Assembly: GCA_964373885.1 (NCBI GenBank)
Contig: CAYJWM010000001.1
Coordinates: forward strand, 5,580 to 69,579
Direction of reading: 5' to 3'
Source of the DNA: an uncultured bacterium
Lineage (GTDB): Bacteria; Omnitrophota; Omnitrophia; Omnitrophales; Danuiimicrobiaceae
DNA length: 64,000 nt
How positions within the stretch are numbered: position 1 is the first letter of the stretch; each line of letters opens with the position of its first letter. Of the stretch, positions 1 through 9,264 are shown one piece after another. The notes beneath the pieces are model-generated. The model was given only the letters and a program-made list of their open reading frames with translations, did not search any database and was not told the origin of the DNA. The translations under genes and the position numbers were made by a program.

Positions 1-325
1 TGGCCGCCGAGCCCGTCATGAATTCGATTGGCTTTGACCACCATGGCCATGGCATTCCAACGAATGATGCTTTTGATCCGCCGTTCAATATCCCGATCAC
101 CCGGATAAGGGGGTTCGGCTTCGGGCGGAATCGTATTGAGATAAGGCGTGTTGACAACGGCGGGAACGCATATCCCATCCTTGCGCAGGCGCGTGATCAA
201 TTGATCAAAAAGAAAGGGTACCCGGTCGGGCTCGCCGGTTTTAAAAATATACTCAAGCGATTCCAGCCATTTTTCCGTTTCCGCGGGAGCAGGGATTTCA
301 GAGCTATGACGTTTTTCTTTCTTAT
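1..325 (-). CDS. aceE: Pyruvate dehydrogenase E1 component (homodimeric AceE type), N-terminal part. It is partial and continues beyond the window start. The probable start is a GTG at 323-325.
   Basis: My manual translation of the minus strand gives ...EKWLESLEYIFKTGEPDRVPFLFDQLITRLRKDGICVPAVVNTPYLNTIPPEAEPPYPGDRDIERRIKSIIRWNAMAMVVKANR... This matches the conserved AceE N-terminus (NTPY.NTIP...EPEYPGD...ERRIR..IRWNA). It is absent from the ORF track because it is truncated at the window edge. Confidence 0.7.
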
Positions 326-349
326 CTGATTTCACGCTTTAACTCTTGG

Positions 350-377
350 TTGATAAGGGGTTACAATCAGCTATAAT
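350..377 (+). promoter_or_regulatory. Near-consensus sigma70 promoter TTGATA-N16-TATAAT in the aceE/lplA divergent intergenic region
   Basis: TTGATA at 350-355 and TATAAT at 372-377 with a 16-nt spacer, about 40 bp upstream of the ATG at 416. Confidence 0.45.
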
Positions 378-415
378 GGTTGCGGTTTAGGCGGCATTTT
401 AACATAAAACCGGAA

Positions 416-1219
416 ATGAAACATCCCCAAACTAACTTGCAGTTGTCGCCGACGCGCCAACTACTGCTCGGGAAGATTTTGAAATCTTCTCCGAGCTTGC
501 AGTTTATCGACCGAACCTGGCCCACCCCTGAGCAAAACCTTGCTTTTGATGAGGCCCTGCTCGATGCTTGCGAAGGAGGCGGAATGGGTGAAGCGCTCCG
601 GTTTTGGGAGCCATGCGATTATTTTGTCGTGGTCGGCTACTCGGGCAAAATCCACGAGGAAGTAAACCGCGCGGTTTGTCAAAAACAACAAATTCCGATC
701 CTGAGGCGCGTATCCGGCGGAGGAACGGTGCTCGAGGGTCCCGGCTGCCTTAATTTTTCCCTTATCTTGCACACAAACGGTTCGCAACCGTTAAAAAATC
801 TCTCCGAAACGAATGCGTACATTTTGGAACGCCATCGCGAGGCGCTTCAACCGTTCGTCGAGGAACCGATTGAGATTCAAGGGACGAGCGACCTGGCGCT
901 CGGCGGCCTTAAATTTTCCGGAAATGCCCAGCGCCGCAAGCGCCGTGCGCTTTTATTCCATGGTACTTTTTTAACGCAGTTCGACCTGAGCCAAATAGAG
1001 CTGTTTCTTCCTATCCCCAAAAAGCAGCCGGCGTATCGCAAAGACCGCGCCCATCAGGACTTTTTGAACAATGTCCCCATCCGTCCCGAAGACATTAAAA
1101 AAGCACTTGCAAACAAATGGAATGCGGTCGAACCGTTCCAAGGGAATGTTGAAACGCAAATGGAGCGGCTTGTTACGAAACGGTATGGGAATCGGAGCTG
1201 GAATTACAAATTTGAGTGA
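416..1219 (+). CDS. Lipoate-protein ligase / octanoyltransferase family protein (BPL_LplA_LipB catalytic domain; LplA N-domain or LipM-like)
   Basis: RRVSGGGTVLEGPG motif and overall LplA/LipB-like sequence. The track ORF begins at a TTG at 380, which lies inside the promoter -10 element, so I chose the ATG at 416 (MKHPQ...). Confidence 0.8.
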   Translation: MKHPQTNLQLSPTRQLLLGKILKSSPSLQFIDRTWPTPEQNLAFDEALLDACEGGGMGEALRFWEPCDYFVVVGYSGKIHEEVNRAVCQKQQIPILRRVSGGGTVLEGPGCLNFSLILHTNGSQPLKNLSETNAYILERHREALQPFVEEPIEIQGTSDLALGGLKFSGNAQRRKRRALLFHGTFLTQFDLSQIELFLPIPKKQPAYRKDRAHQDFLNNVPIRPEDIKKALANKWNAVEPFQGNVETQMERLVTKRYGNRSWNYKFE

Positions 1220-1229
1220 GAAATTTTGA

Positions 1230-2180
1230 CTAAACGCGCGCTTTCGCGCTCGTGCGGCGCGAGGAGGTCCGTCCGGGCTGAAGACGGTAAAGCGCCGTCA
1301 AATAATCCCGCATGCCTTCTTCGATCGTGTAACGCGCTTCAAAACCGATTAACTTTTTGGCCCGGGAAACGTCTGCCTGGGTTTTGCTCTGATAAAATTC
1401 ATACGGATTTTCAAAGTAATCGGGTTCAAGCGAAGTTCCAAGCACCTCATTCAGCACTTCAATGAGCCGATTAAAGCTGACCGCCTTCCCCGTTCCGATA
1501 TTGACGACGCCGCTTTTCTTGGCCTCAAATGCTTTCAGGTTTGCGTCTACGACGTCTTTCACATAAATATGGTCCCGCATTTGTTCCCCGTCGAAAAAAA
1601 TCCTTGGACGTTTCCCCTTCCTCATTTGTTGGGCCAATTGGTAAATCATGCTGGAAGCTTTCCCTTTATACTGCTCCCGTAGACCGTATACGTTGAAGTA
1701 TCGCAAGCCCGTGACCGGAATTCGATACTGTTTGGCCGCACCCCAAGCGAGCTGATCACAAAGCATTTTGGAGAAGGCGTACACATTCAGCGGTTTAATC
1801 GGCCCATCTTCGCGTTGAGGTGCCGGCTCATTGCCGTATTGGGCCGCTGAGGAAGCGTACACGAACGGGATTTTATGCTTGGCTGCGAATTGAAGCGCTT
1901 TGCGCATCCCCTCTACGTTTGCGGCGATCATTTGCTTTTGGTCGCAAAGCGTGGTGTCCGTAATCGCAGCCTGATGAAACACGGCATCGACAGGCCCGAG
2001 CGCATCCCAATCCGCTACATTCACATCTTCGGCGATCACGTCCCCGCGAAATTCGATAAGATTATGAAAATCGCCCGTCAAGAAATTGTCGATGACGGCA
2101 ACGTCCCAGCCCTTTTCCTGCAAGGCAAGCGATAAATTGGAACCGATAAATCCGGCCCCGCCGGTCACAATCGCTTTCAT
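1230..2180 (-). CDS. hldD: ADP-L-glycero-D-manno-heptose 6-epimerase
   Basis: MKAIVTGGAGFIGSN Rossmann N-terminus, plus IPFVYASSAAQYG, PLNVYAFSK, LRYFNVYGLRE and NIGTGKAVSF. These align block by block with E. coli HldD. Confidence 0.85.
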   Translation of the reverse strand: MKAIVTGGAGFIGSNLSLALQEKGWDVAVIDNFLTGDFHNLIEFRGDVIAEDVNVADWDALGPVDAVFHQAAITDTTLCDQKQMIAANVEGMRKALQFAAKHKIPFVYASSAAQYGNEPAPQREDGPIKPLNVYAFSKMLCDQLAWGAAKQYRIPVTGLRYFNVYGLREQYKGKASSMIYQLAQQMRKGKRPRIFFDGEQMRDHIYVKDVVDANLKAFEAKKSGVVNIGTGKAVSFNRLIEVLNEVLGTSLEPDYFENPYEFYQSKTQADVSRAKKLIGFEARYTIEEGMRDYLTALYRLQPGRTSSRRTSAKARV

Positions 2181-2192
2181 GCCTTTCTCCCT

Positions 2193-3368
2193 TTAAACCG
2201 GATGCGGCACATGGGTCTTGGGCGTCGCGCGTAGGCGCTTCCCTTTTTGTATTTGATTTTTCTGATGATACGTTATTTTCTTCAGCACATCGCCTTCCCA
2301 ATGATATTCCATCCGCGAGCGGCGCGCATAAAATTTTTTCTCAAGCGCGTAGCCGGCCACCAGCGGAAGCGAGACGGAGGGTTCGACAAATGCCATGTGA
2401 TGGGTCGCCTCTTTCGCGATTTTCCCCCAGGAGGCCGCTTCCGAAAGCGTGCTGCCGCTTAAACCGCCCCAGTGGGGTGCATCCGTCGTCAGTTGAATCG
2501 CATATTGATGGCCGCCGGTATGGACGCCAAATACATAGGCCGAAACAATGGCGTCGTTAATAAAATTTTTCGGGACGCCGCCGGCCACGTAAAAGGCCGC
2601 TGTTCGTTTGGATTGAACCACGATTTGCGTCAATTCGTAATTGTCCCGAATGGCGCTAATGACGACACCTTTTTTCCGGGCCAGACGCGCCCGGTGATAA
2701 TGCTCGGTTAACCCGATCCCGATGCTCGAGTCATTTAACGCTGGGGAAAACACGGGAATTCCCCGGCGCCGGGCGGTCCCTAAAATAGAATTGGGATCCG
2801 TAATGTCTTTCGAAAGCTCCTCCAAAAACGAGCGGCTGGAATATTCCCCGGGCTTCATTCCGTCCGCAAACTTTGCAATTTTGGAATCGAGCTTGATGAA
2901 TTCCTCCTCATCCACGTAGGTGTCATAAATCCGATCGATCAATAAATCGCGCAATTCGCCGTCATCGGCCTTCGGGTCCCCGCGAAAATGCCGAAACCCG
3001 CAGGCCTGATAATAATCCTGATACAAAATTGCCCCGGTCGAGACAATCGCATCCACCATTCCGTATTCCACGAGGTCGCGGATCACTTTGCGAAGCCCGG
3101 CGGCAATCAAAGGGCCGGCCAGCCCCAGAAAAATGGTCGGGCGCTCGCGATCCTGAAGCATGCGCCCAAAAATCCCGGCGACCGCGCCTATACTACGTGC
3201 TTGAATGGAAGCATCCTGATAAGCTTCGACGAGTTCACCTATCGTCTTTAACTTTTCAAGATCCGCCTGCTTGACGGGATGCGCCAGTATTTCCCTTTTT
3301 CGTCTTTTGGAAGCTTCGGTGCTTAAATGAGCGGCCGATGATAGGTTCACAAGTCTATTTCTCCACAA
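2193..3368 (-). CDS. Deoxyhypusine synthase-like protein (bacterial DHS/homospermidine synthase-like family)
   Basis: DHS-family blocks such as TIFLGLAGPLIAAGLR, GGVPKNFI and AIQLTTDAPHWGGLSG. Length is about 390 aa. Confidence 0.7.
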   Translation of the reverse strand: MWRNRLVNLSSAAHLSTEASKRRKREILAHPVKQADLEKLKTIGELVEAYQDASIQARSIGAVAGIFGRMLQDRERPTIFLGLAGPLIAAGLRKVIRDLVEYGMVDAIVSTGAILYQDYYQACGFRHFRGDPKADDGELRDLLIDRIYDTYVDEEEFIKLDSKIAKFADGMKPGEYSSRSFLEELSKDITDPNSILGTARRRGIPVFSPALNDSSIGIGLTEHYHRARLARKKGVVISAIRDNYELTQIVVQSKRTAAFYVAGGVPKNFINDAIVSAYVFGVHTGGHQYAIQLTTDAPHWGGLSGSTLSEAASWGKIAKEATHHMAFVEPSVSLPLVAGYALEKKFYARRSRMEYHWEGDVLKKITYHQKNQIQKGKRLRATPKTHVPHPV

Positions 3369-3454
3369 TATTTACGATTTATGAATTTCCAAAAAATGCA
3401 GCACCACGTTATTCTAGCGGGTTTTAAGCGGAAATCAAGGAAGGAGATAGGGCT

Positions 3455-3820
3455 TTATTCGCCCAAAATACTCTTAATCTGGCTCAGTAATTCTTTCGGC
3501 TCGTACGGTTTTGAGATATAACCGGCAATTCCTTCCGGCCCGAACAGCTCGATCATGGCAGCTTTCGGCTTGGCGGAAAAAATAACGACCGGGATTTGCG
3601 TAAGTTCCGGGTCCCGTTTAAACTCTTTCAAGACCGCAAATCCGTCCATCCCGGGCATAATAATATCCAAAATCACAAGGTCCGGTTTGCACTTGCGCGC
3701 ATCCTCCATGGCGTTCTCGCCCATGGAGGTAAAGATTTGATAACCGCTGGCTTCCAGACGGATCTTCGCCGTTTCAACCACATCCACTTCATCATCCACG
3801 ATCAGAATTTTTTTCCCCAT
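3455..3820 (-). CDS. Single-domain response regulator (CheY-like receiver)
   Basis: KILIVDDE...DLVILDIIMPGMDG...SAK...KP receiver signature, 121 aa. Confidence 0.85.
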   Translation of the reverse strand: MGKKILIVDDEVDVVETAKIRLEASGYQIFTSMGENAMEDARKCKPDLVILDIIMPGMDGFAVLKEFKRDPELTQIPVVIFSAKPKAAMIELFGPEGIAGYISKPYEPKELLSQIKSILGE

Positions 3821-3876
3821 GAGTGCCCTTTTCTTACACTATCGGAACAATCACTTTCGGCTGAAGGGACAATTTT

Positions 3877-4437
3877 TCAATGTCTCCCGGCCCTTTGTTG
3901 GCAATAATAGAAAAACCCGATAATGGTTTTAGCATCTTTTATCGTACCATCCCGAATCATCCTTTGCAAACGGCGAAACGGTATGACCCTGGGTTCCAAA
4001 AATTCATCCGTATCCGTGAGGCCGGGTTTTGGCTCAAGGCCCGCGGCCAAATAAAGACGCATGAACTCAGTAGAAACGCCGGGTGCCGGATAAAAAGAAC
4101 CTAATTTTTTCCATTTTTTGGCTCCAAATCCGGTTTCCTCCGCAAGTTCACGTTTGGCGCAGGCAAGCGGAGCTTCGTTCGGTTCTAAAGTGCCCGCCGG
4201 AAATTCGTAAATGGCCTTTCTCAACGCTGTCCGGAATTGCTTCACCAAAACAAACCGTTCCCCTTTTAAAACAGGGACGACCACCGCAGCGCCCGGATGA
4301 AACATAATGTCGTGTCGGAATTTGCGCCCGTTAAACGCCCGCATGTGAACGGACTTGAGCGTAAAAATGCGGCCGCGGTGAATCGGCTTGATGCTGAGCG
4401 TTTTAAATTTCCCCAGTCTTTTTCGCGCGCTTTTCAT
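3877..4437 (-). CDS. NUDIX hydrolase (ADP-ribose pyrophosphatase-like)
   Basis: Nudix box GTLEPNEAPLACAKRELAEETG. Confidence 0.8.
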   Translation of the reverse strand: MKSARKRLGKFKTLSIKPIHRGRIFTLKSVHMRAFNGRKFRHDIMFHPGAAVVVPVLKGERFVLVKQFRTALRKAIYEFPAGTLEPNEAPLACAKRELAEETGFGAKKWKKLGSFYPAPGVSTEFMRLYLAAGLEPKPGLTDTDEFLEPRVIPFRRLQRMIRDGTIKDAKTIIGFFYYCQQRAGRH

Positions 4438-4442
4438 TCGTC

Positions 4443-5231
4443 TCAGGCGGGAAATAAATCAACCTGAACGGGATCTCCGACCTTCAATTTAAATCGGTCT
4501 TCGGCTGATCCGTCACGGAGCGCAAATTCCAAAAGATCAATGCTGTTCCACACGGCGATCAGCTTCCCGTGGGCTCCGCCGCCAAAATGTGTGACGAGCG
4601 TAGCGTGTTGGTTCCGGCCGATTCGAATCGGCGACTCGATCCGGCGCCGGCCGAGATCGGCCTTGGAAATATTGGAAAAAGCGTTGCCGAAATGATCCAT
4701 GTAAATGAGCTCGCCCGATAATTTACCTTTTTTCAGAACCGGATTTTGAACCGGAAGCATACGGACGTTTGAGATCACGGGCCCCAGGGAGTGAAACATA
4801 TTCCGGCGGCTCAAATGGGCCCCCACCGGCGAGAAAATATCGCGCCCGTGAAACGTGCTGCTCACGGGCTTTCGAAAATACCGGTGGTTTTGAATCTGGC
4901 GGATCACGTACTTCGGCTCCTTCAAAAGCACATGAGTGAACACGCCGTTGTCCGGCCCCACCAAAAATCCGCGGCTCGTTTGAACGCAGATCGCCCGGCG
5001 GCGGCTGCCGACCCCCGGATCCACCACCACAACGCATACTGTTCTGGCCGGCAAATAGGGGTAAACGGCGGCGAGAAGAAAAGCCGCTTCCCCGATGTTT
5101 TGAGGCCGTATGGCATGTGTCACATCCATCACGGCGGCCCGCGGATTAATGCTTGCGATCACCCCTTTAATAGACCCCACATAATGATCGCGCGTTCCGA
5201 AATCGGTTAAAAGCGCAATGGGAAGATTCAT
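4443..5231 (-). CDS. S-adenosyl-L-methionine hydroxide adenosyltransferase (DUF62; fluorinase/chlorinase superfamily)
   Basis: N-terminus MNLPIALLTDFGTRDHYVGSIKGVI and the DUF62 signature region VVVDPGVG. Start chosen at the internal ATG at 5231 because the longer ORF would overlap hflX. Confidence 0.75.
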   Translation of the reverse strand: MNLPIALLTDFGTRDHYVGSIKGVIASINPRAAVMDVTHAIRPQNIGEAAFLLAAVYPYLPARTVCVVVVDPGVGSRRRAICVQTSRGFLVGPDNGVFTHVLLKEPKYVIRQIQNHRYFRKPVSSTFHGRDIFSPVGAHLSRRNMFHSLGPVISNVRMLPVQNPVLKKGKLSGELIYMDHFGNAFSNISKADLGRRRIESPIRIGRNQHATLVTHFGGGAHGKLIAVWNSIDLLEFALRDGSAEDRFKLKVGDPVQVDLFPA

Positions 5232-6349
5232 AATGGTTGAGCCGCTCCGTGTTCCAGGCACCTCGTGATCGCAGCAATCAGGCGGTCGAGGTTTAATTTC
5301 TCCTTTGCGGAAATTAAAACTCCCTCCGGGAAATATTGAAGCACCCGTGCGCAATCCGTTTCGTTCATCAAATCCATTTTGTTGAGTGCCAGCACCAACG
5401 GTTTTGTTTCCACCTCGAGTTCCGCCAGCACCCGCGATGCCGCTTTGTGTTCCTGCTCCATCGAGGGGCTGGCTGCATCCAGTACATGTACCATCACATC
5501 GGCCTCCTGAATTTCCTCAAGGGTCGCGTGAAACGCTTCAATCAGTGAATGCGGCAGGTCGGTTAAAAATCCAACCGTATCCGTAAATAAAATTTCATGC
5601 CCCCTCGCTTTAAACACGCGTGTGGTGGGGTCCAGCGTCGCGAACATTTTGTCTTCCACCACCGCTCGCGCATCCGTCAGGGCATTCAGCAGCGTGCTTT
5701 TTCCCGCATTGGTATACCCTACCAGAGCGGCCACATGAAAGGCCTTGCGCTTTCTGCGGGTTCGAATAAGACACCGATGCCTGCTGACCTTTTCAAGCTC
5801 TTTTCGCACACGGCCGATGCGCTCCCGGATTTTGCGCCGGTCCATCTCCAGTTTTTGTTCGCCGGGCCCCCGCGTTCCGATACCGCCTCCCAGCCGGGAC
5901 ATAATCACGCCCATGCCCACCAAACGCGGCAGTAAATAATTGAGCTGGGCGAGCTCTACTTGAAGCCGCCCTTCCCGGGACTGGGCACGGCGCGCGAAAA
6001 TGTCCAGGATCAGTCCCGTCCGGTCGACCACCCGAAGCCCGGTCGCCGATTCAATATTCCGGCTTTGGACGGGTGAGAGATCGACATTGAAAATAATCAA
6101 ATTGGCCCCTACCTCGCGTGCCTTTTGGGTGATTTGGGCCAGTTTTCCGCTGGCGATGAAAAAATTCGGCGTGGGCCGCTCAAGCGGCGCCCCCACTTCT
6201 CCCGACACCGCTCCTCCGGCAGAACGCGTTAACTCCGAAAGTTCCCGAAGACTTTCCTCTAGTGAACGGCCTCCCGGCCTCTTGAGTTTAACGGCCACCA
6301 GAAGCGCCCGGTCACGCGGCATATTGCTCCAAAATGCTTCGAACGGCAC
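5228..6349 (-). CDS. hflX: GTPase HflX
   Basis: HflX N-domain, G-domain GYTNAGKSTLLNALT ... DTVGF ... NKMD. The true start may be the second ATG at 6322. Confidence 0.9.
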   Translation of the reverse strand: MPFEAFWSNMPRDRALLVAVKLKRPGGRSLEESLRELSELTRSAGGAVSGEVGAPLERPTPNFFIASGKLAQITQKAREVGANLIIFNVDLSPVQSRNIESATGLRVVDRTGLILDIFARRAQSREGRLQVELAQLNYLLPRLVGMGVIMSRLGGGIGTRGPGEQKLEMDRRKIRERIGRVRKELEKVSRHRCLIRTRRKRKAFHVAALVGYTNAGKSTLLNALTDARAVVEDKMFATLDPTTRVFKARGHEILFTDTVGFLTDLPHSLIEAFHATLEEIQEADVMVHVLDAASPSMEQEHKAASRVLAELEVETKPLVLALNKMDLMNETDCARVLQYFPEGVLISAKEKLNLDRLIAAITRCLEHGAAQPL

Positions 6350-7229
6350 CTGCCTGAAAGCGATTTCCCCGGACGGGAATCCAATGAATCCGCTCGTCTT
6401 TTCGAAACCAGGTCAACTGTTTTTTCGCCAAATGCCGCGTCCTTTTTTTGATTTCGGAAACGGCGGTTTCCAAGTCTTTCCTTCCGTCCAAACATTCCAA
6501 AATCTCTTTGTATCCGATCGCTTTCCGGGCAGTCCTCGAAAATCCCGCGCGCTTTAAGCGTTTTACTTCGTCGATCCAGCCGCTTGAGAACATGTGATCG
6601 ACTCTTTTCTCAATCCGCTCATACAGCTCCCTGCGGTCGCGTTTGAGGCCGAACATTTGGAAATTAAATCCCTTTGCTTTTAATCCGCCGGATCCGTTTT
6701 CAAATTCGCTCGGCTTGCGCTTCGAGAGCTCATACAGTTCAAGGGCACGGATCACGCGCTTGGTATCGTTCGGATGAATGGCGCGGGCGCGATTCGGATC
6801 GATTTTGGCCAGTTTCGCATGCAGCTTTTTTGAGGATTTGGCTTCTCCTTCCAAACGTCGGCGGAGTTTGGGGGCGCCGCCGGGTGACGGAGGAAGTCCG
6901 TCCAGAAGCGATTGAATATAAAAACCGGACCCGCCGATCGCAATGGGGGTTTTCCCCTTGCGGATAATTTTTTGAATCGCTTGAAGCGCAAGCAGGCGGT
7001 GCTGAAATACGGAGGAGCGCTTCCTCGGATGAATCACGTCGATCAAATGATGAAGCACCGTTTTGCGCTCCCGGACGGTTGGTTTCGCCGTTCCGATGTC
7101 AAGTCCCCGGTACATTTGCATCGAATCGCAGGAGATGATTTCCCCGCCCAATTTTTTTGCGAGGCAAAGCGCGACGTCGGATTTGCCGCTTCCCGTGGGG
7201 CCGACAATGAAGATAACGGTACTCGGCAT
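6312..7229 (-). CDS. miaA: tRNA dimethylallyltransferase
   Basis: IVGPTGSGKSDVAL P-loop, CDSMQMYRGLDIGTAKPT. Confidence 0.9.
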   Translation of the reverse strand: MPSTVIFIVGPTGSGKSDVALCLAKKLGGEIISCDSMQMYRGLDIGTAKPTVRERKTVLHHLIDVIHPRKRSSVFQHRLLALQAIQKIIRKGKTPIAIGGSGFYIQSLLDGLPPSPGGAPKLRRRLEGEAKSSKKLHAKLAKIDPNRARAIHPNDTKRVIRALELYELSKRKPSEFENGSGGLKAKGFNFQMFGLKRDRRELYERIEKRVDHMFSSGWIDEVKRLKRAGFSRTARKAIGYKEILECLDGRKDLETAVSEIKKRTRHLAKKQLTWFRKDERIHWIPVRGNRFQAGAVRSILEQYAA

Positions 7230-7238
7230 CCCACGTAC

Positions 7239-8918
7239 CTACATTTTCTCAGGGGCCGAAACCCCGAGAGTTCCGAGTCCGTTTCTAAGTACGATTCGCA
7301 CGCAATCGGTCAGAAGCAGGCGCGCTTTTGTCGCCGGCTGATCGTCCGTCACCACCCGCTCGCGGGCGTAAAACTTGTGAAACAGGGCGGCCAATTCTCT
7401 TAAATAATCGGCGACCCGGTACGGCTCCAGATGGTAAGCCGCCTGTTTTAAGACCTCCGGGTACTGCACCATTTTTTTAATCAAATCGAGCGCTTCTTCA
7501 CCCGTGATTAAATGGACGTCGGCATTTGGGTCCACCCGCTGATTGGCAAAAGCAAGAATATTCGAAATGCGCGCATGGGCATATTGAAGATAATAAACGG
7601 GATTGTCCTGAGACTTTTCTTTGGCCAGTTCCAAATCAAAGTCCAGATGGGTATCCACTTTTCGCATCAAAAAGAAAAACCGCGCCGCGTCCGCGCCCAC
7701 CTCATCCATCAGTTCCCGAAGCGTCACAAACTCCCCCGCGCGCGTGGACATCCGCACCGGTTCCCCGCGGCGATAAAGCGTCGTCAGCTGAACGATCAGA
7801 ATGTGCAGCGCTTTCGGATCAAATCCAAGCGCCTGGCAGGCCGCCTTAAGCCGCGGGATATAACCGTGATGGTCCGGCCCCCATAAATTAATCAACTGGG
7901 TAAAGCCGCGGTCAAATTTGTGTTTATGATAAGCGATGTCCGGCGCCAAATAGGTATATTCCCCATCCTGTTTCTTCAGCACGCGGTCTTTGTCATCGCC
8001 GAATTCGGTGGAACGAAACCACAAAGCGCCGTCTTGCTCATAGAGTAAATTTTTCTTCCGGAGAAGGCCCAACGTTTGTTCAATCAACTGTTGATCGCCA
8101 AGCGAGTGCTCGCTGAAATAGGCGTCAAACGTAACGCCGAGATCCGAAAGGTCCTTGCGAATCCCGCTCAAAATGGCGCGAATGGCGTAGTCGGCCGCAA
8201 GGGCGATAGCGTCTTCTTTTGATTTTACTTTCCCCAACGCTGCTTTTTGTTCCTTCCGAAACGCTTTGGCAAGTTCCACCAAATAAGCGCCCTGATAGCC
8301 GTCTTCCGGTATCTCTACTTTTTTCCCCTCCAATTGCCCAAGGCGCGCATGCAAGCTCTCCCCCAAAAGCTGAATCTGCCGCCCCCGATCGTTTACATAA
8401 AACTCCCGATGGACGTCATAGCCCACCGCATCCAAAACTCTGGCCAAAGTGTCCCCCAGGGCCGCCTGGCGGCCGTGCGCAATGGTAAGCGGGCCCGTGG
8501 GATTGGCGCTGACAAATTCGACAATTGCTTTTTGGCCCGCTCCCACCTGAGATCGCCCGTAGCGGCGGTCTTCGCGATGGATTTCATGCAATTCATCGAT
8601 CACGGATGTTTCGGTGAGAAAAAAATTAATGAAGCCGGGTTTCTCTACCGTGATTTTTCTAATTTTTCCGCTCCACGCCGAATCGCCCTGAACCGCTCGC
8701 TGGAGAATGGCACGCGATTTCTGGGCAATCTCAAGCGGATTTTTCTTCGCCAGCCGCCCCAGTTGAAAAGCGAGATTGACCGCAAGGTCTCCGAACTCTT
8801 TATTTTTCGGGACCTCGATGTCGTAGTGAATGTCCCCTGGAGGTACCTGTTCGAGATCGGACTGGGCGAGAATGCTCGGCAGGGTTTCGTCAACGAGTTT
8901 TTTTAGGTCGCTTTTCAT
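7239..8918 (-). CDS. argS: Arginine--tRNA ligase
   Basis: 559 aa with HIGH-like and KMSTR-like (MSTRAGEFVTL) motifs, an ArgS N-terminal Arg_tRNA_synt_N block and a DALR anticodon-binding C-terminus. Confidence 0.95.
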   Translation of the reverse strand: MKSDLKKLVDETLPSILAQSDLEQVPPGDIHYDIEVPKNKEFGDLAVNLAFQLGRLAKKNPLEIAQKSRAILQRAVQGDSAWSGKIRKITVEKPGFINFFLTETSVIDELHEIHREDRRYGRSQVGAGQKAIVEFVSANPTGPLTIAHGRQAALGDTLARVLDAVGYDVHREFYVNDRGRQIQLLGESLHARLGQLEGKKVEIPEDGYQGAYLVELAKAFRKEQKAALGKVKSKEDAIALAADYAIRAILSGIRKDLSDLGVTFDAYFSEHSLGDQQLIEQTLGLLRKKNLLYEQDGALWFRSTEFGDDKDRVLKKQDGEYTYLAPDIAYHKHKFDRGFTQLINLWGPDHHGYIPRLKAACQALGFDPKALHILIVQLTTLYRRGEPVRMSTRAGEFVTLRELMDEVGADAARFFFLMRKVDTHLDFDLELAKEKSQDNPVYYLQYAHARISNILAFANQRVDPNADVHLITGEEALDLIKKMVQYPEVLKQAAYHLEPYRVADYLRELAALFHKFYARERVVTDDQPATKARLLLTDCVRIVLRNGLGTLGVSAPEKM

Positions 8919-9264
8919 ACAACGGGGAACCGTTCAAGATTTTTCCTTCCCCCCAAAGCCGCTCCAAATTGTAAAACGCTCTCGTGTCGCGATGAAACAC
9001 ATGGATCATGACGGAACTGTAATCGAGCAAAATCCATTTTGCCTCCTGCAATCCTTCCGTGTGATGGGGCTTGATTTTTTTCTCGTGCAACTTATCCAAG
9101 ACGGCGTCTGCCAATGTCCTCACGTGCCGGTCGGAATTGCCGTGAACCAAAAGAAAGTAATCGGCAACGGACGTTAATTTCCGAATGTCCAAAATAATCG
9201 GATCGATTCCCTGCTTGTCTTCAAGCGCCGCGCGGGCCGCCAGCGCAATGGCCTTTGCATTCAA
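8890..9264 (-). CDS. rsfS: Ribosomal silencing factor RsfS (Iojap)
   Basis: ...DPIILDIRKLTSVADYFLLVHGNSDRHVRTLADAV...WILLDYSSVMIHVF...LERLW. Start assigned to the TTG at 9262-9264, which forms a TTGA overlap with the ogt stop. The longer track ORF would overlap ogt by 124 bp. Confidence 0.8.
   Translation of the reverse strand: MNAKAIALAARAALEDKQGIDPIILDIRKLTSVADYFLLVHGNSDRHVRTLADAVLDKLHEKKIKPHHTEGLQEAKWILLDYSSVMIHVFHRDTRAFYNLERLWGEGKILNGSPLYEKRPKKTR

Noticed and set aside
18-329. Plus-strand 103-aa track ORF at the window start
   Set aside because: The opposite strand of the same region encodes a well-conserved AceE N-terminus. The plus-strand product is low-complexity and unsupported.
1236-1249. 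GCGCG-CTTT-CGCGC hairpin between the convergent lipoate-ligase and hldD genes, as a bidirectional terminator
   Set aside because: It lies within the hldD C-terminal codons, has only a 5-bp stem and has no flanking T-tract. It is too weak to call.
8247-8906. Long antisense track ORFs inside strong genes (for example 8247-8906 + within argS, 14170-14730 + within fadD, 44423-45109 - within ftsW, 51883-52393 + within the HD-GYP gene)
   Set aside because: They are frame-shadow ORFs. The opposite or overlapping frame carries an unambiguous conserved protein, and the shadow ORFs are Arg/Pro/Gly-rich, as expected for GC-rich antisense.
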